Shown one piece after another: positions 37,301 through 48,409 of a stretch of 64,000 nucleotides of DNA. Origin of the DNA: Azolla caroliniana (Eukaryota > Plantae > Polypodiophyta); NCBI GenBank assembly GCA_043228905.1, contig JBHGNT010000001.1, forward strand, positions 23,622,001 to 23,686,000. The letters run 5' to 3'. Below the pieces are notes generated by a model, which searched no databases, had not been told where the DNA came from, and worked only from the letters and a program-made list of their open reading frames with translations. Within the stretch, counting starts at the first letter, position 1. Every line of letters starts with the position of its first letter. Both the position numbers and the translations under genes were made by a program.

Positions 37301-40300
37301 CAATAGTAGGTGTGTGTCTAGTGAAGAAAAGCCACACGGAAGTAAGGCTGCAACAGTAGGTGCAAGTCTAATTTTGACGAAAAGAAGAAGAATCTATCAC
37401 CATGGCGAGCGAAAATGTGAGCCTGGGTTGAGATGACCAAAGCTCCAAAAGCAATGCAAAAAATGTGTAAAAAAAATTTGAGGACAGTGCATCAAGGAGC
37501 TCCAAGAAGACGTGTATAATCCACCCATTGGTATCTGTGAAGTCAGTTTTTGTTCATAAGGAAAGACTGTTGCAAATATGTTAGTTGCTAAGATGTCTAA
37601 CAAAAAAGAGCAATATGAAAGGATCAAGTATTAACGGAGGAAGGAACTTGAAGGGATATAAAGTTAGAGGCATTTTTCAAAAGTAGAAAAAGCAAAGAAA
37701 AAAGAAAAAAGCACGGCGTGGATATGAAGATTTAGGTAGAGAAAAAACTTCATAACTTTTTCATCTATATCCAAATTTGAAAAAAAAAGATTCATAAAAA
37801 AGCTGACAACAAGAGCTTTCCAAAAAAGTCTTGTATGACAAATTTGGGATGACAGAGGAGAAATAGTGATATAAAAAAAAACGCCCCACATGAACTCAAG
37901 AAAGATATATTAACGTCTTTTAAGGGCCAAAATGGCCTATAAGACCAAACAAGAGATTACATCTTAAGTGTTGTCTCGTCTTTGAGAACAACATATCAAA
38001 AAAATAAGTAAATCATACTCCGTAAATATAAAAGTATATAAGATAAAAAGAGACGAGGGAAACTAGTTTTCAGCACATGTGAGATTTCCAAGTTAGATAT
38101 ATTGTAGCTTTTGTCTTCCAAAGATCTCTAGCATAGGTCGATTCAGAATGGAGATATCTCCAAACCAAGGGAGGCACCTGCGATGGCGGGAAATAATGGC
38201 ATTTATCTGTCGATGACAAGGGTGTCGAGGTCGTGATCCATGGAGCCGGGCCTACGTGCACGGCAAATTGCTATTGCCCGATCAATTGTAACCCCTTTGT
38301 TATGTCCTAGTAGAGAGCCCATTTGTGTATCCCTTGATGGACTTGTAGCATTAGTAGGAGTGATGGGGCTAAAGAAAGTTGTGATTGTTCTTTGTGGATG
38401 AGCTTGTGTGCCTGTATTCTACAACAACTTTTCCAGATGTCTCTTCAGCTCTAGCAAGAAAAGTCCTAGGGACCGTTGGTCCTCATATTCCATTACCTTG
38501 CATAGTGTTCCAAAGCCTTGTTTAAAGAGGTAATGGTATCTCCCTCTGATTTCATAAAAGACACTACAATGACAAACATAGTGTTCTTCGAATTCCACTC
38601 CTTGATGTGTCATGAACATCGACTTGAATGTGAACCTGAGGCCCTTGTATATATATTTCTCCTAGACAAACTTTAGACTTCAAACCTTTGTATAAAGAGC
38701 GGTATGTAAGACCTAGTATGTAAGACTCAGTATGTAAGACCCAATATGTAAGACTGAGTATGTAAGACTTGGCATGCAAGAATTAGTATGCTTGATATTC
38801 TAGTATGTAAGACTTGGCATGAGCATGCTTATCATGCATCACTACATGTATAAAAAGGGTTGATCTCCCTTGTTAACATCAAGGAGATCAACACCAGTCA
38901 TGGAATAGATATTTTTACTCATTGTCATCAACTTCTCGATCTCCCTATATCATCAACTTCCCCATCTCTTTACCCCCAATTGTTCATCCATGACATGATG
39001 ACACAATTGTCAAATTCTCTCGTCTAGAAGTAGTTGTGTTATTTGCCTACCTCAATCTGTAACTGATGTGATGAAGTTTGTAGCTACCCCATCACACTAC
39101 GGAACGATAGGATAGATTTATGTCCATATAAGGTGGCATGATGATGAATCCATCATCCAACGTGTGTAAGAAGTGTGTCTTATAGTGGGCCATCTTTGTA
39201 CCAAGTGGTATTTTGGGGCTGATCCATGTTATCTTGTTTTCCAAGTTAATAATATCAGTTCGAATCACTCTATTCTTTTCCACTTTGATCATATTTAGAT
39301 GGGGACAGTCCAAGCTATATTGGAACGGGGGTAGTGCATTTATACTCATGCCATGTGACTCGAACCATTGCTGCATTTCAGCATACCAACAATGAATGTA
39401 TCCATTTTCAGCCAGTTGTCTTGATGACATAAGTGCCAACCTTGGGTACCTTCGTTTAGGGAGCTCCCAGAGACGTTGGATAAATGTCACCGATTGGAAC
39501 AATGCCTCGGTGATTATAGGTGCTGCTCTTATCTCTGCCCGGATTATATCGTGGGGCACCGAAGCTTTGCTCCTTATCATGCGGCAATCATTGACACTAA
39601 AGGTTTCTCTAAATCTTTCCATTAATTTGCCTTGTAAAGACTCGATCCCCATGATTCTACTCCATAGAGAAGAGTTGGTGTGATAAGTGTATCAAATAAC
39701 CACAGCTTAGTTCGTGGCTCTTGGAACTGTAAATGTGCACATTGTCTCTCGAGAGCCCCAAGGGCTGTATACCCACGAGAAAGTCAAGCACAAGCAGCCT
39801 CCTATAAGGAGAACCTAGGCCCTGTAAATGTTACTCCTAGGTATGTGTAGGAGCATGTGTATTCCGACTTTTCCTCTCCCAAGAAGAATTCCGGTTCTGA
39901 TCTTGTTACCCATGCTTGAGTGGTGTTAAACACCATCACTTTAGTTTTATCCATGTTGATTGACAAACCTTTGTCCGTACAAAAAAGTTTTTAAAGCATT
40001 TAGATGTCTTTGTAGTCCCTCCGGAGAGTCAGAAATCAGGACAATATCATCAACATATAGTAATATTTGTATAGTTGTACCTGGGAGACGTGCTTCCGAA
40101 CCCCCAAATCTCGCTATGTAATGTGATACCTCATCTATATAGAGACCGAAGAGAGTGGGTGAAAATGGGTATCCTTGCCTTACTCAGATTGTGCTAGCCA
40201 CTGCCTTTGACAAACCCTTGGAAGACCGAACTTTTCCTGACACGGATTCATAGAGTGCATAGATTCCCCATTGCATATTTGTAGGAACGCCAAGGGCTTC

Positions 40301-41372
40301 TAGCCGCTGCATAAGCCATGCACATGACACAGTGTCAAACGCTTTTCGGAAATCCACAAAGCAGCAATAAATCCTCTTATTATGGGCTCTACCCTCCTCA
40401 ATAAGGGCCCGGAGGGTCAATATGTGATCCAAAGTTGTGAACCCCTTCCGAAAGCCTGCATGTCCAACTGAACAGCAGCCATTCCACTCTGCCCATGTAC
40501 TCGTTTCTGATTCTAGAATGGAGCCATATAGTTTAGCCAAGTAATGGCCAATCATGATTGTCCTATAGTTGCTTGGCATCATGGGGTCTCCATTCTTGAG
40601 GATTGGCACAATGGTATGCTAGGTCCATCTAGTATTAAACCTTCACACATGGCTCAAGGATATTTAAAAGAAAAGAAAAGAAAAAAACAAGAATAATGTA
40701 ACCAAAAACCTATAAATAGGAGGTAAATAGGAGGGTATTCTTAGTAATTGGGGGGAAGGAGGAAGAATAGAAAGTCTACAAGAAGTGAGAAGAGTCTTGG
40801 TAGAAGGAGGGAAGAAGGGAAGTCTTTTTTGGTGTAAAGTCATAGAAAGAAAAAATGTTCTATATAGTTGAGTTTTTAGTTGGAGTCTAAGAAGCTTGTA
40901 ATGTCCCATAATGTTATAATATTTTGATTTGTTGATTTGTTGTTCTCAAAGACAAGACAACACTTAAGATGTAATCTCTTGTTTGGTCTTATAGGCCATT
41001 TTGGCCTCTTAATAGACGTTAATATATCTTTCTTTCTTTCTTTTCTCCTCTCTATCTTTTCTTTATCTCTCTTCCACAATTATCTCCCACCATCACAAGT
41101 GCTTCCCTCGCTTCGTAGACGTTTCCATTCTGGATCGACCTATGCTAGAGATCATTCGAAGACAAAAGATACAATATATCTAACTTGAGAATCTAACATG
41201 TGCCGAGAACCAGATTCCCGCATCTCTCTTTTTATCTTATATACTTTTATATTTACGGAGTATTACTTGCTTTTTTATTTTTATTTGTTGTTCTCAAAGA
41301 CAAGACAACACTTTAGATGTAATCTCTTGTTTGGTCTTATAGGCCATTTTGGCCTCTTAAAAGACATTAATA

Positions 41373-41403
<31 letters not shown>

Positions 41404-44400
41404 ATCAGTATCCACATTCATATATCAAAAATCTACCAAATCATATTTTGCTCACATTCTAAGAGCAGCCATATATCATAGAGACCTCTACAGTTTGATG
41501 TATGATGTTAAAGAAGATAATATAATGGATAGATGCAAGAAGAAAATGCTGAAACTTTGAAACAGAACCTGCTGGATAGTGGCTGAAATGAAATTTTAAC
41601 ACTCAGAAGAAACGAGGAAGACATGACCCCAAATATACAAATTTCATTACTACTTGCATGTGTGTGCATGTGTGCAGTCAATGGCCAGGATGGAATTCCA
41701 GAAGAAATGGTGAAACATGACCCAGAAAACATCTAGATACAAGTTCATATGTGCATGTGTGCATGTCCTTGTGTATTCATGCAGTACTATTGCTTAATTG
41801 CCATTTCTTGTAGTGGGAACCTTGTGATCCCTAAAGTGACTTCTAGGAGCTCCTACATCTGAGGAGAGGTTTGGCCTTGGGTGTAAAGTTTGCCAGGAAC
41901 CATAAGCCTTTGTATCCATCTGAGCATAATGGTCTCAGTGAAGGCTAAGGAACTAGACAGCCAAACTTCTAGCTTTATCTCTTACCCATTCATTCCCATT
42001 AAGAGGATCATTTTCATTCCCATTAAGCTGCTTCCGCCTGAGGGACCTTTCATGATACTTCAACTGAAGCAAATTTCCATAGATAATTTGGTTTGGCGCT
42101 ATTCCCAAGCCATTCATCCAGAGCAGCTCGTCCACACCATTTGGTCAGGGTTGGCGATAAGATCACACTGATAGAGAGATTTCTGGCTCTAGCTCAACGA
42201 GGTTTCGTGTTTTTGTTGCATCTAACCCATTATCTAGACTTGAACCTGATAATTCAGTGAAAGTGAATTTGAACCACTGACCCAAAATAGCTACATATAT
42301 GGTGAGAAAAACATGTCACTCACTTAGCATAGACCGCATTGTGAGGGCACATTATGTACAATTTTTTGGAGAAACTCAGTATAATTATCTCCCTCCCCTA
42401 ATTACCTAGTCAAAATATAAAGAAACTCTATTTAATTCCATTTCTCAATGGCCACAACTTTCTTGTCAAAGCACTTCTGTAATTGAAAGAGAATTCTGAG
42501 ATTCGTGTGCATCATTAAGAGTTCAAAGTAATTATCATGACTTCAGCCAACCCAATAGGAGAGACTTGTTTCTCATGGGGCAGCTTTAAGAAACGTGCAG
42601 GGACGGCAAAGGAAATATAATAACCAGGGCTAATTCTGCATATATTGCTCCTGCAATTGCACACAATGTCATTGGAAAACAAATAGGTTGTACCAGGATA
42701 GGGTCCCGATGAATGGTTGGATAACTGAAGGCAAGATGTATCCCACGATGGCATCACTAAACCCCAAAGAAGGAGCGACCTTGAGTGGGAGGAAAGCTAC
42801 TAGAGGCATTCCTTCTCCCAGCCTTCCAGGGATCCCATTCATTGCTGTAGGTTTCTTATACGACATTACTACAGTTTCTTTTCAAGTGGCTGTAACACAG
42901 CCTGGGGTACCAGCAGATTGCGGCCAATCTCAGTACTATTGGGGCACCTAATGTTATGCTGCTGCAGCGTGGCACCCATCACTAACTCGTAAGAGCGTGA
43001 AATATAACAAAAGCGTGGTTGGGGGCTAGTAAGAGATGTGGGTACCGGCAGATTGCAGCCAACCTCAGTAATATTAGGGTGCCTTATGTTATACTGCTGG
43101 AGGATGGAACTCATCGCTACCTTATAAGAGCAGGAGACTATAGCATGTCACTACCTCGTAAGATAATGATGTGCTACAATATGTGAGCCGGGATTGCCCA
43201 TATATGGCAGCACATCATAATCTTATACTGCAAAGATCCAACCATTCCATAACTATGTCTACCCTATAAGAATGTAATTATAAGCATTAATCAGAAGGAA
43301 GAATACCTATGTACAGTTTTCCTGCTATGCAAAAATTGTAGACCTAGAAGAATTTGTCTTGTGTAGCGCTTAATTACTGGCTCCTCAAGCTTCTTAAACT
43401 CACTTAATAATTTGTATAGTGATCCTCCCGAAATGAGCTCCAAGTAAATGTATAAGCTATCACCCACCTGCATCCCAGTTAAACTAGGTTTGTGCTCATC
43501 TTAGGATGATTAAACAATTTCTATCGAACTCCTTGAAAGTAAACACAGAACTAAATTACCAGCTCACTTCCTTTATATTGCACTATGTTTGGATGAGAAA
43601 ATGAGCTCAAAAATGCTATTTCCTGCAGAACAAAGATGCCACATTTTTAAGCATTTATATTACATTTACATTACAAATGTGATTTTGGCATGCTAAGCCA
43701 TATATCAAATAATACATAAGAAAAATGGGCAATTAAATTTTCACCACATTGGAATAGTTTCCAAGTTCATATACTACACATCACCGTGTGCTTGTCAATT
43801 TATAGAGAAATATGCAATCAACTGGAATTCATGATATCTAATACAAAGAGTAGATGAAAGAATGAAAAAAAAATAGCAAAAAGGGGCGCCCATTTCATAG
43901 AGAAGCTAATCCATGATTACTAAAAGTTAGTGCGAACAGTCGGAAAATAGAATGCTGCAGCCTGGTATAATAAATAAAAGAAATACACCTGGGCGAGTTG
44001 CTTGGCAGAGTCTTTTGATTTGGGATCATCTCGGACAAATTCCACCTCTTTTATGGCACAAAATTCTCCTGTTTTGCTATAGGAAAACAAAGTAAAAAGC
44101 ATTCAATATTTACACATATTACTTATATAGTAAATATCATAACCACAATAGTACCTGTGTATTCCTTTGTAAACTCTACCAAACGCCCCACTTCCAATTA
44201 AGCTTCCTTTCACCCATTTCCCATATGTCACGTCCAAATCTACCTTCCTTGGACTTTGAGGTATAGTTCCTCGTGGTGAGAGAGGAGGTGTTGCAGATAA
44301 ATTAATTTTACGAGGTGAGAGAGGGGTTAATGATACATTGCTTGTTAGAGGACTCCGTGGTGATGGTGCAGGGGGTGCTGTAACAGTATTTGAAACAGAA

Positions 44401-47400
44401 ATACGTGGTGAGAGAGAAGGGCTTAACGATACATTGATTGCAGGAAGAGGACTCCATGCTGAGATTGCAGGGGCTGAAATAGTGTTTGAAAGAGAAATAC
44501 GAGGTGAAAGAGGAGGTTGGGGCAAAGGATATGCTGCAGGTATCATAGATGATGTAGAACCCCCACTATGAGGTGATTCAGATGAGATCTGAAAATCAGA
44601 TCTGAATTCTGAATAGAAATGTTCGTTTCTCGATGTGTTATGCCTTGGACTTGGCTCTGGACTTTGTAATCTGCTATTGGATGCACTTCGATACTCATAG
44701 GCAGGCCTATTATCATGACTATGCCTACGACTTCGAATGTCTCCATCATCGTCTCTGCCATTTACAAATGGCACTTTAGCAGGAATATCAAGGCTTCTCC
44801 CATGCCTCATTTCATCAACACTTCCATCAGATTGACTATGTTTATCCATTGAAAAAAAAAGCAGACCATATCAGCGCAAACAATATACAATGTATGATCC
44901 ACACAAATGAAAAATGCACTACAAATTAACACAACCTTAAAACAACTTAGATGTGCATTTATGGAAATGATCAATTTCTTTACAAATGCAAACACAGCCA
45001 GTCACACATCTGCCTGTATTTTTTATAATGTTCACCATATGGTTGCTTGGCATCTGAACATTATCACTAAATGTTCATTTATGGAAATGATCAATTTCTT
45101 TACAAATGCAAACACAGCCAGTCACACATCTGCCTGTATTTTTTATAATGTTCACCATATGGTTGCTTGGCATCTGAACATTATCACTAAATGACCAACT
45201 TCATATCTTCATTGTGTCACTCCAATTACATCAAGGGCAAATGCCCAAGAGGATATCTCAGATGTCAAACTTTGTTTAAATGTGAAAATGTATTTATGCA
45301 TGATCACTGATAACATATATAGCACACTTTTTATTAGTAATACGTAGGAGACTGAAATCAGGCAAAGTTCACGAAAATAATTACATTCTAGGGACAAGGT
45401 AACCTTAACTAAAAGAAGTTTATGATCAAAAACACACAGAGGCTCTTCGATATCTTACTAGCTGAATATAGTTGCCATATAGCATACAGTCAAATATCTG
45501 GCCAATCAAAAAGAACATAAAAAGATAGCCAATGGCTGAAAATCCACAACCATGCCAAAAGAACTTCAGTGAAAAATTCTGTAAAGTAGGATGAGATTGT
45601 ACTGACATATAAATTATTGGACAGTGTATGCTAGTGGACAATCCCAATGCAGATATGTCCTTTGGTGATTCCAGAATCCAGCAACGCATGTGTTTCCAGT
45701 TCCCTACTTTCTGGAACTGGAAACACATATGCAGATTTATTGCTGCTTTGTGAATTTTCAAAAAGCCTTTGAAACTGTGCTGTGTGCTCAGATTATGCAA
45801 CGACTAGAAGCCCTCGATGTCCCTACAGATATGCAATGGGAAATCTATGCACTGTATGAATCTGCACCAGGAAAAGTGCAGTCTCCCAATGGTTTGTCAG
45901 AGGCAGTGGCTAGCACAATGAGAGTGAAACAATGAATCCCACGATCACCCACTCTCCTGAAGATGTTGGCTCTCTCTCTCTCTCCTGATCCTCTGCTCTC
46001 TCTCTCTCGCCTCTGCGTTGAACAATGGCCATATCTGTCTGCGTTTTCTGCAATGTCTGATCCTCTGAGTTGAACAATGGCAATGTTTGTCTGCATTTTC
46101 TGCAATGTCTGTCCTCTGCATTTTCTGCAATGTCTGATCCTCTGCGTTTTCTGCCAAGTAGGAATTCCTGGAATCTATATTGTCCCCTCTGCCCTCTGCA
46201 TTTCATACCCTGTACCTGCTGTCCTAAGACATCATGGAGTTTAAATGGATGGAAAATGAAAATATGGATCTTAACATGCACAAAGAGGGTCCAGATCCAT
46301 GGAAAACCCCAAGAAGATACCATAGACGAAAAGTGTATCAAATAGCAATGCTCTTGGAACTGAGAATGTGCACATTGTGTTCCAAGAACATCAAGGGTTG
46401 CATATCCACAAGAAAGTTGAGCACAAGTATCCTCCCATAAGGAGAACCGAGGCCCTATGAATGTTATTCCTAGGTACATGTAGGATTGTGTGTATGCACC
46501 TTTTCCTCTTCCAAGAAGAATTTTGATTCTGATCTTGTCAACCATGCTTGACAAGTGTCAACGGGAGAGATTACTTATGGGGTTGTCACTGTCCAACACC
46601 TCCGGTCAACCCAGCACAAAGCTCCTACATTGAGATGAGTAAGGAGTTGATTAATATGTCCCTAGGACGTGGTTTGGTAAAGTGTTCAGACATGTTTTCT
46701 CGAGTAGAATAATAATCCAATCCGATGTTCTCAGTAGTGACAAGGTCAAGAGCAAAATGGTACTGAACTTCAATGTGTTTAGTTCTACCTCGAAAGGAGG
46801 AATTGGGTGCTACTGCACGAGCACTTTGGCTATCAATGATAACTCAAATAGAAGTGGCCTGTGGAATTCTAGGTTGGATAAGTTTTCACCACATGTATCA
46901 AATAGGCACACTATTCAGCTTCTATGAATGAAGTGGAAACTGAAATTTGTTTCTTGGACGTCAACAGAATCAAACTTGAGCCAAGTAGAAAGTAACAGCC
47001 AGATGTAGACAGTCTTGGGTCAACATCTCCTGCCCAATCAACATCCAAGCAACCAATTAACTCAATGAATCCTCTGAATAAAAGACCATAGTCATTTGTG
47101 CTTGTTAAGTACTGGAGAACACGAATGGCTGACTATCAATGAACTTGGGATGGAGCATTTATAAATTAACTGAGAACACTCACATTGTAAGGCAGATCAG
47201 GTTTCGTGGGTAAGATAAATGAGGGGCCCAATCAGCCTACTTTACTTTGTACTATCTTCGAAAATGGAAGAACATTAGTCATGAAAAGCATGGATTTCTG
47301 TCAGCTGAACATCACTAAAATCCAAGAAAGAAAAAGAAATAAAGAGACAATCTTCTCATATCAAGCCATGGGAGCTTCTTTCAAGACAGATTAGGATTTC

Positions 47401-48409
47401 TTCAGCCTATAAATCACACCTTGCTGACCTAAAACCTCAAACCCAGGGGGCTGCTCCAAGTATACTTCTTCTATTAAATAAGCATTCATATTCCTATATG
47501 GCAGGAAAGCACTCTCCAGGTGTATGTTAAAATTATGTTAATTATTTGGAGTAGATCGGTTGCTTTATGTAGATTGAACAAGCGGTGTTGGTTGCCTAAC
47601 ATATAGGTTGAACATATGATTGAATTTTGAGGCTTAATTATGTTCCATATTATGGCAATTACTTGAATTTGAAGAGAGAATTATGTTTCTAACCTCTCCA
47701 TTGGTTTCATATGACATTAATCAAGTTAAATTATGTTAGCTACTTATATTAGACAGCCTTCTTGGAAAGATTGCGCACAGATCGATCGCTTAACATATAC
47801 ATTTAATAAATAGTCTTGCTTAGGGTTAAGATTAAAATCATTATTTACTCAACCGACACTCTTAAGAGTGAAATGATGTACTTACTCTGTCTGGACACCA
47901 CTCGATTGTTGTAGACTTGTAGGCAAAGAAGGCAACAAGAATCCATGGCCACTTCCAACACTCTGGGTCAAAGATTTTCTGAATCCATCCTTCTCATCGT
48001 AAGGAGGATTATGTCTTCGAACTGAAACAGGGGATGGAAGAGGGCAAGCTTGTAAAGAAGTCGGAAGAGCATAAGATCTCTCACTTCCACCAATAAGCTG
48101 ATTCTCTTGTTCTATATATCTACGCTGACCCTCCTCTCTTCCTCTTCCAGTAATAGAACTATCTCCGCTATCTTCATGTCTAGGTTGACCATCATCTCTT
48201 CCTCCACCGAGGGTTATTGTTGACATATCATTTTGCAGATAATTTCTTCGGATTATCGGAGATCTAGTCAGCTGTGGCGGGCTCCTTGTAAAGGTATTAG
48301 TTCCATGTTCTCTTGTTGACCTATTGCTTCCACCTGAGGGTGTATCTTGGCTATGTAGAGACGTTTCTTCATCTTTCCTGATTTTCAGGCCTTTGAAGAA
48401 TTTAGACAT
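22711..48409 (-). CDS. MAP kinase kinase kinase, MEKK subfamily (YODA/MAP3K-alpha-like); 10 coding exons, 736 aa
   Basis: Exons 48409-47886, 44835-44155, 44076-43989, 43622-43560, 43467-43307, 36873-36798, 35020-34961, 34140-34030, 23269-23060 and 22947-22711 join in frame with GT-AG sites. Motifs: [53 protein letters not shown]. Confidence 0.92.
23060..23269 (-). CDS. MAP3K exon 9
   Basis: tccag|VVAMFKV...[20 protein letters not shown]...AL|gtatgt. Confidence 0.93.
23576..28189 (+). mobile_element. Ty1/copia copy A in intron 8: 5' LTR, PBS, gag-PR-INT-RT; truncated before RNase H
   Basis: LTR 23576-24053 (TGTTG...TTACA); PBS TGGTATCAGAGC 24054-24065; [39 protein letters not shown]; many stops. 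Confidence 0.93.
25367..25764. repeat. ~199-bp tandem duplication inside copia A
   Basis: gggctacatgaaggatgtattgc...gtgaacacagcaatg occurs twice; copy B has it once. Confidence 0.9.
28190..28327 (+). mobile_element. LINE 3' terminus with (TC)n tail
   Basis: Same tgttctcaaaga...ggccattttggcc...ttaat sequence as the 3' end of the LINE at 37898-38000; (TC)n at 28283-28327. Confidence 0.85.
28328..29419 (+). mobile_element. LINE 5' fragment: ORF1 C-terminus + APE endonuclease of ORF2
   Basis: [10 protein letters not shown] (ORF1-like); IWNCN, YTETH, CYFPP, LLGDFNA, STVDY, DH (APE motifs). Confidence 0.88.
29420..32953 (-). mobile_element. Ty1/copia copy B (PR-INT-RT-RH-3'UTR), inverted relative to copy A
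   Basis: ORFs 32019-32915, 31725-32000, 31068-31679, 30423-30815 and 29569-30069 nearly match copy A; there is no gag or PBS. Confidence 0.93.
33166..33591 (-). repeat. Solo LTR of the copia A/B family
   Basis: Reverse complement of LTR 23576-24053, lacking that LTR's short internal duplication; flanks TGTAA/TGTAG (4/5 TSD); no PBS or PPT. Confidence 0.85.
33592..33815 (-). repeat. Older copia LTR piece interrupted by the solo LTR
   Basis: Minus-strand start TGTTGAGAATCGAACTC; shares tagggcaa..ccctttc..ctatttaca..aa.tagcct with LTR 16543-16904. Confidence 0.6.
34030..34140 (-). CDS. MAP3K exon 8
   Basis: ttgcag|[37 protein letters not shown]|gtgagt. Confidence 0.95.
34961..35020 (-). CDS. 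MAP3K exon 7 (activation segment)
   Basis: ggcag|[20 protein letters not shown]|gtaa. Confidence 0.95.
35467..36650 (-). mobile_element. Decayed 5'-truncated LINE (intron 6)
   Basis: 3' tail plus [15 protein letters not shown], homologous to 38419-38619; RT remnants near 36350-36500. Confidence 0.75.
36798..36873 (-). CDS. MAP3K exon 6 (catalytic loop, DFG)
   Basis: ttccag|..[25 protein letters not shown]|gtgagt. Confidence 0.95.
37898..40660 (-). mobile_element. 5'-truncated LINE (RTE/RTEX-like) RT and C-terminus, intron 5
   Basis: [33 protein letters not shown]; QG.P.SPTLF; LLYVDDI; 3' UTR with conserved terminal hairpin. The clade assignment is inferred. Confidence 0.88.
38608..38995. 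repeat. Solo LTR inserted in the LINE
   Basis: TGTCATG...CATGACA termini, perfect TSD TGATG (38603-38607 / 38996-39000); internal agtatgtaagac tandem array at 38701-38820. Confidence 0.85.
40925..41400 (+). mobile_element. Two tandem LINE 3' ends with (TTTC)n tails
   Basis: The terminal motif occurs at ~40940-41040 and ~41285-41400; 41075-41400 is the reverse complement of ~37900-38200. Confidence 0.85.
42906..43131. repeat. Diverged direct repeat (~90-bp core, ~135-bp period)
   Basis: ggtacc.gcagattgc.gccaa.ctcagta.tatt.ggg..cct.atgttat.ctgctg occurs twice. Confidence 0.7.
43307..43467 (-). CDS. MAP3K exon 5
   Basis: tgcag|[17 protein letters not shown]...[10 protein letters not shown]|gtat. 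Confidence 0.93.
43560..43622 (-). CDS. MAP3K exon 4
   Basis: ctgcag|[21 protein letters not shown]|gtaa. Confidence 0.93.
43989..44076 (-). CDS. MAP3K exon 3
   Basis: tatag|...[29 protein letters not shown]|gtgt. Confidence 0.93.
44155..44835 (-). CDS. MAP3K exon 2 (SP-rich region + kinase subdomain I)
   Basis: catag|TCAATCT...[18 protein letters not shown]...CACAG|gtac; the acceptor was chosen by phase. Confidence 0.88.
44951..45193. repeat. Near-perfect 120-bp tandem duplication (intron 1)
   Basis: 44951-45070 is repeated at 45071-45190 with one mismatch. Confidence 0.95.
45690..46550. mobile_element. LINE RT fragments in opposite orientations around a simple-repeat spacer
   Basis: Plus strand [15 protein letters not shown] (45730-45935); minus strand [14 protein letters not shown] (46330-46550). 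Confidence 0.75.
46610..47530 (-). mobile_element. Decayed copia RT/RNase H remnants
   Basis: [17 protein letters not shown] (47400-47480); [15 protein letters not shown] (~47000-47050); KHIEVQYH (~46760). Confidence 0.65.
47886..48409 (-). CDS. MAP3K exon 1 (N-terminal regulatory region)
   Basis: [12 protein letters not shown]...ACPLPSP...; donor GA|gtaagt, phase 2, compatible with exon 2. Confidence 0.8.

Noticed and set aside
38701-38820. Regular agtatgtaagac repeats resembling a CRISPR array
   Set aside because: Units are ~14 bp with no unique spacers, lie inside a solo LTR, and have no cas genes nearby in a eukaryotic context.
41800-42250. Short ORFs in intron 5 as a nested gene
   Set aside because: No motifs or splice structure recognised.
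44907-45194. 95-aa ORF with a repeated peptide
   Set aside because: An artefact of a 120-bp intronic tandem duplication, antisense to the gene.
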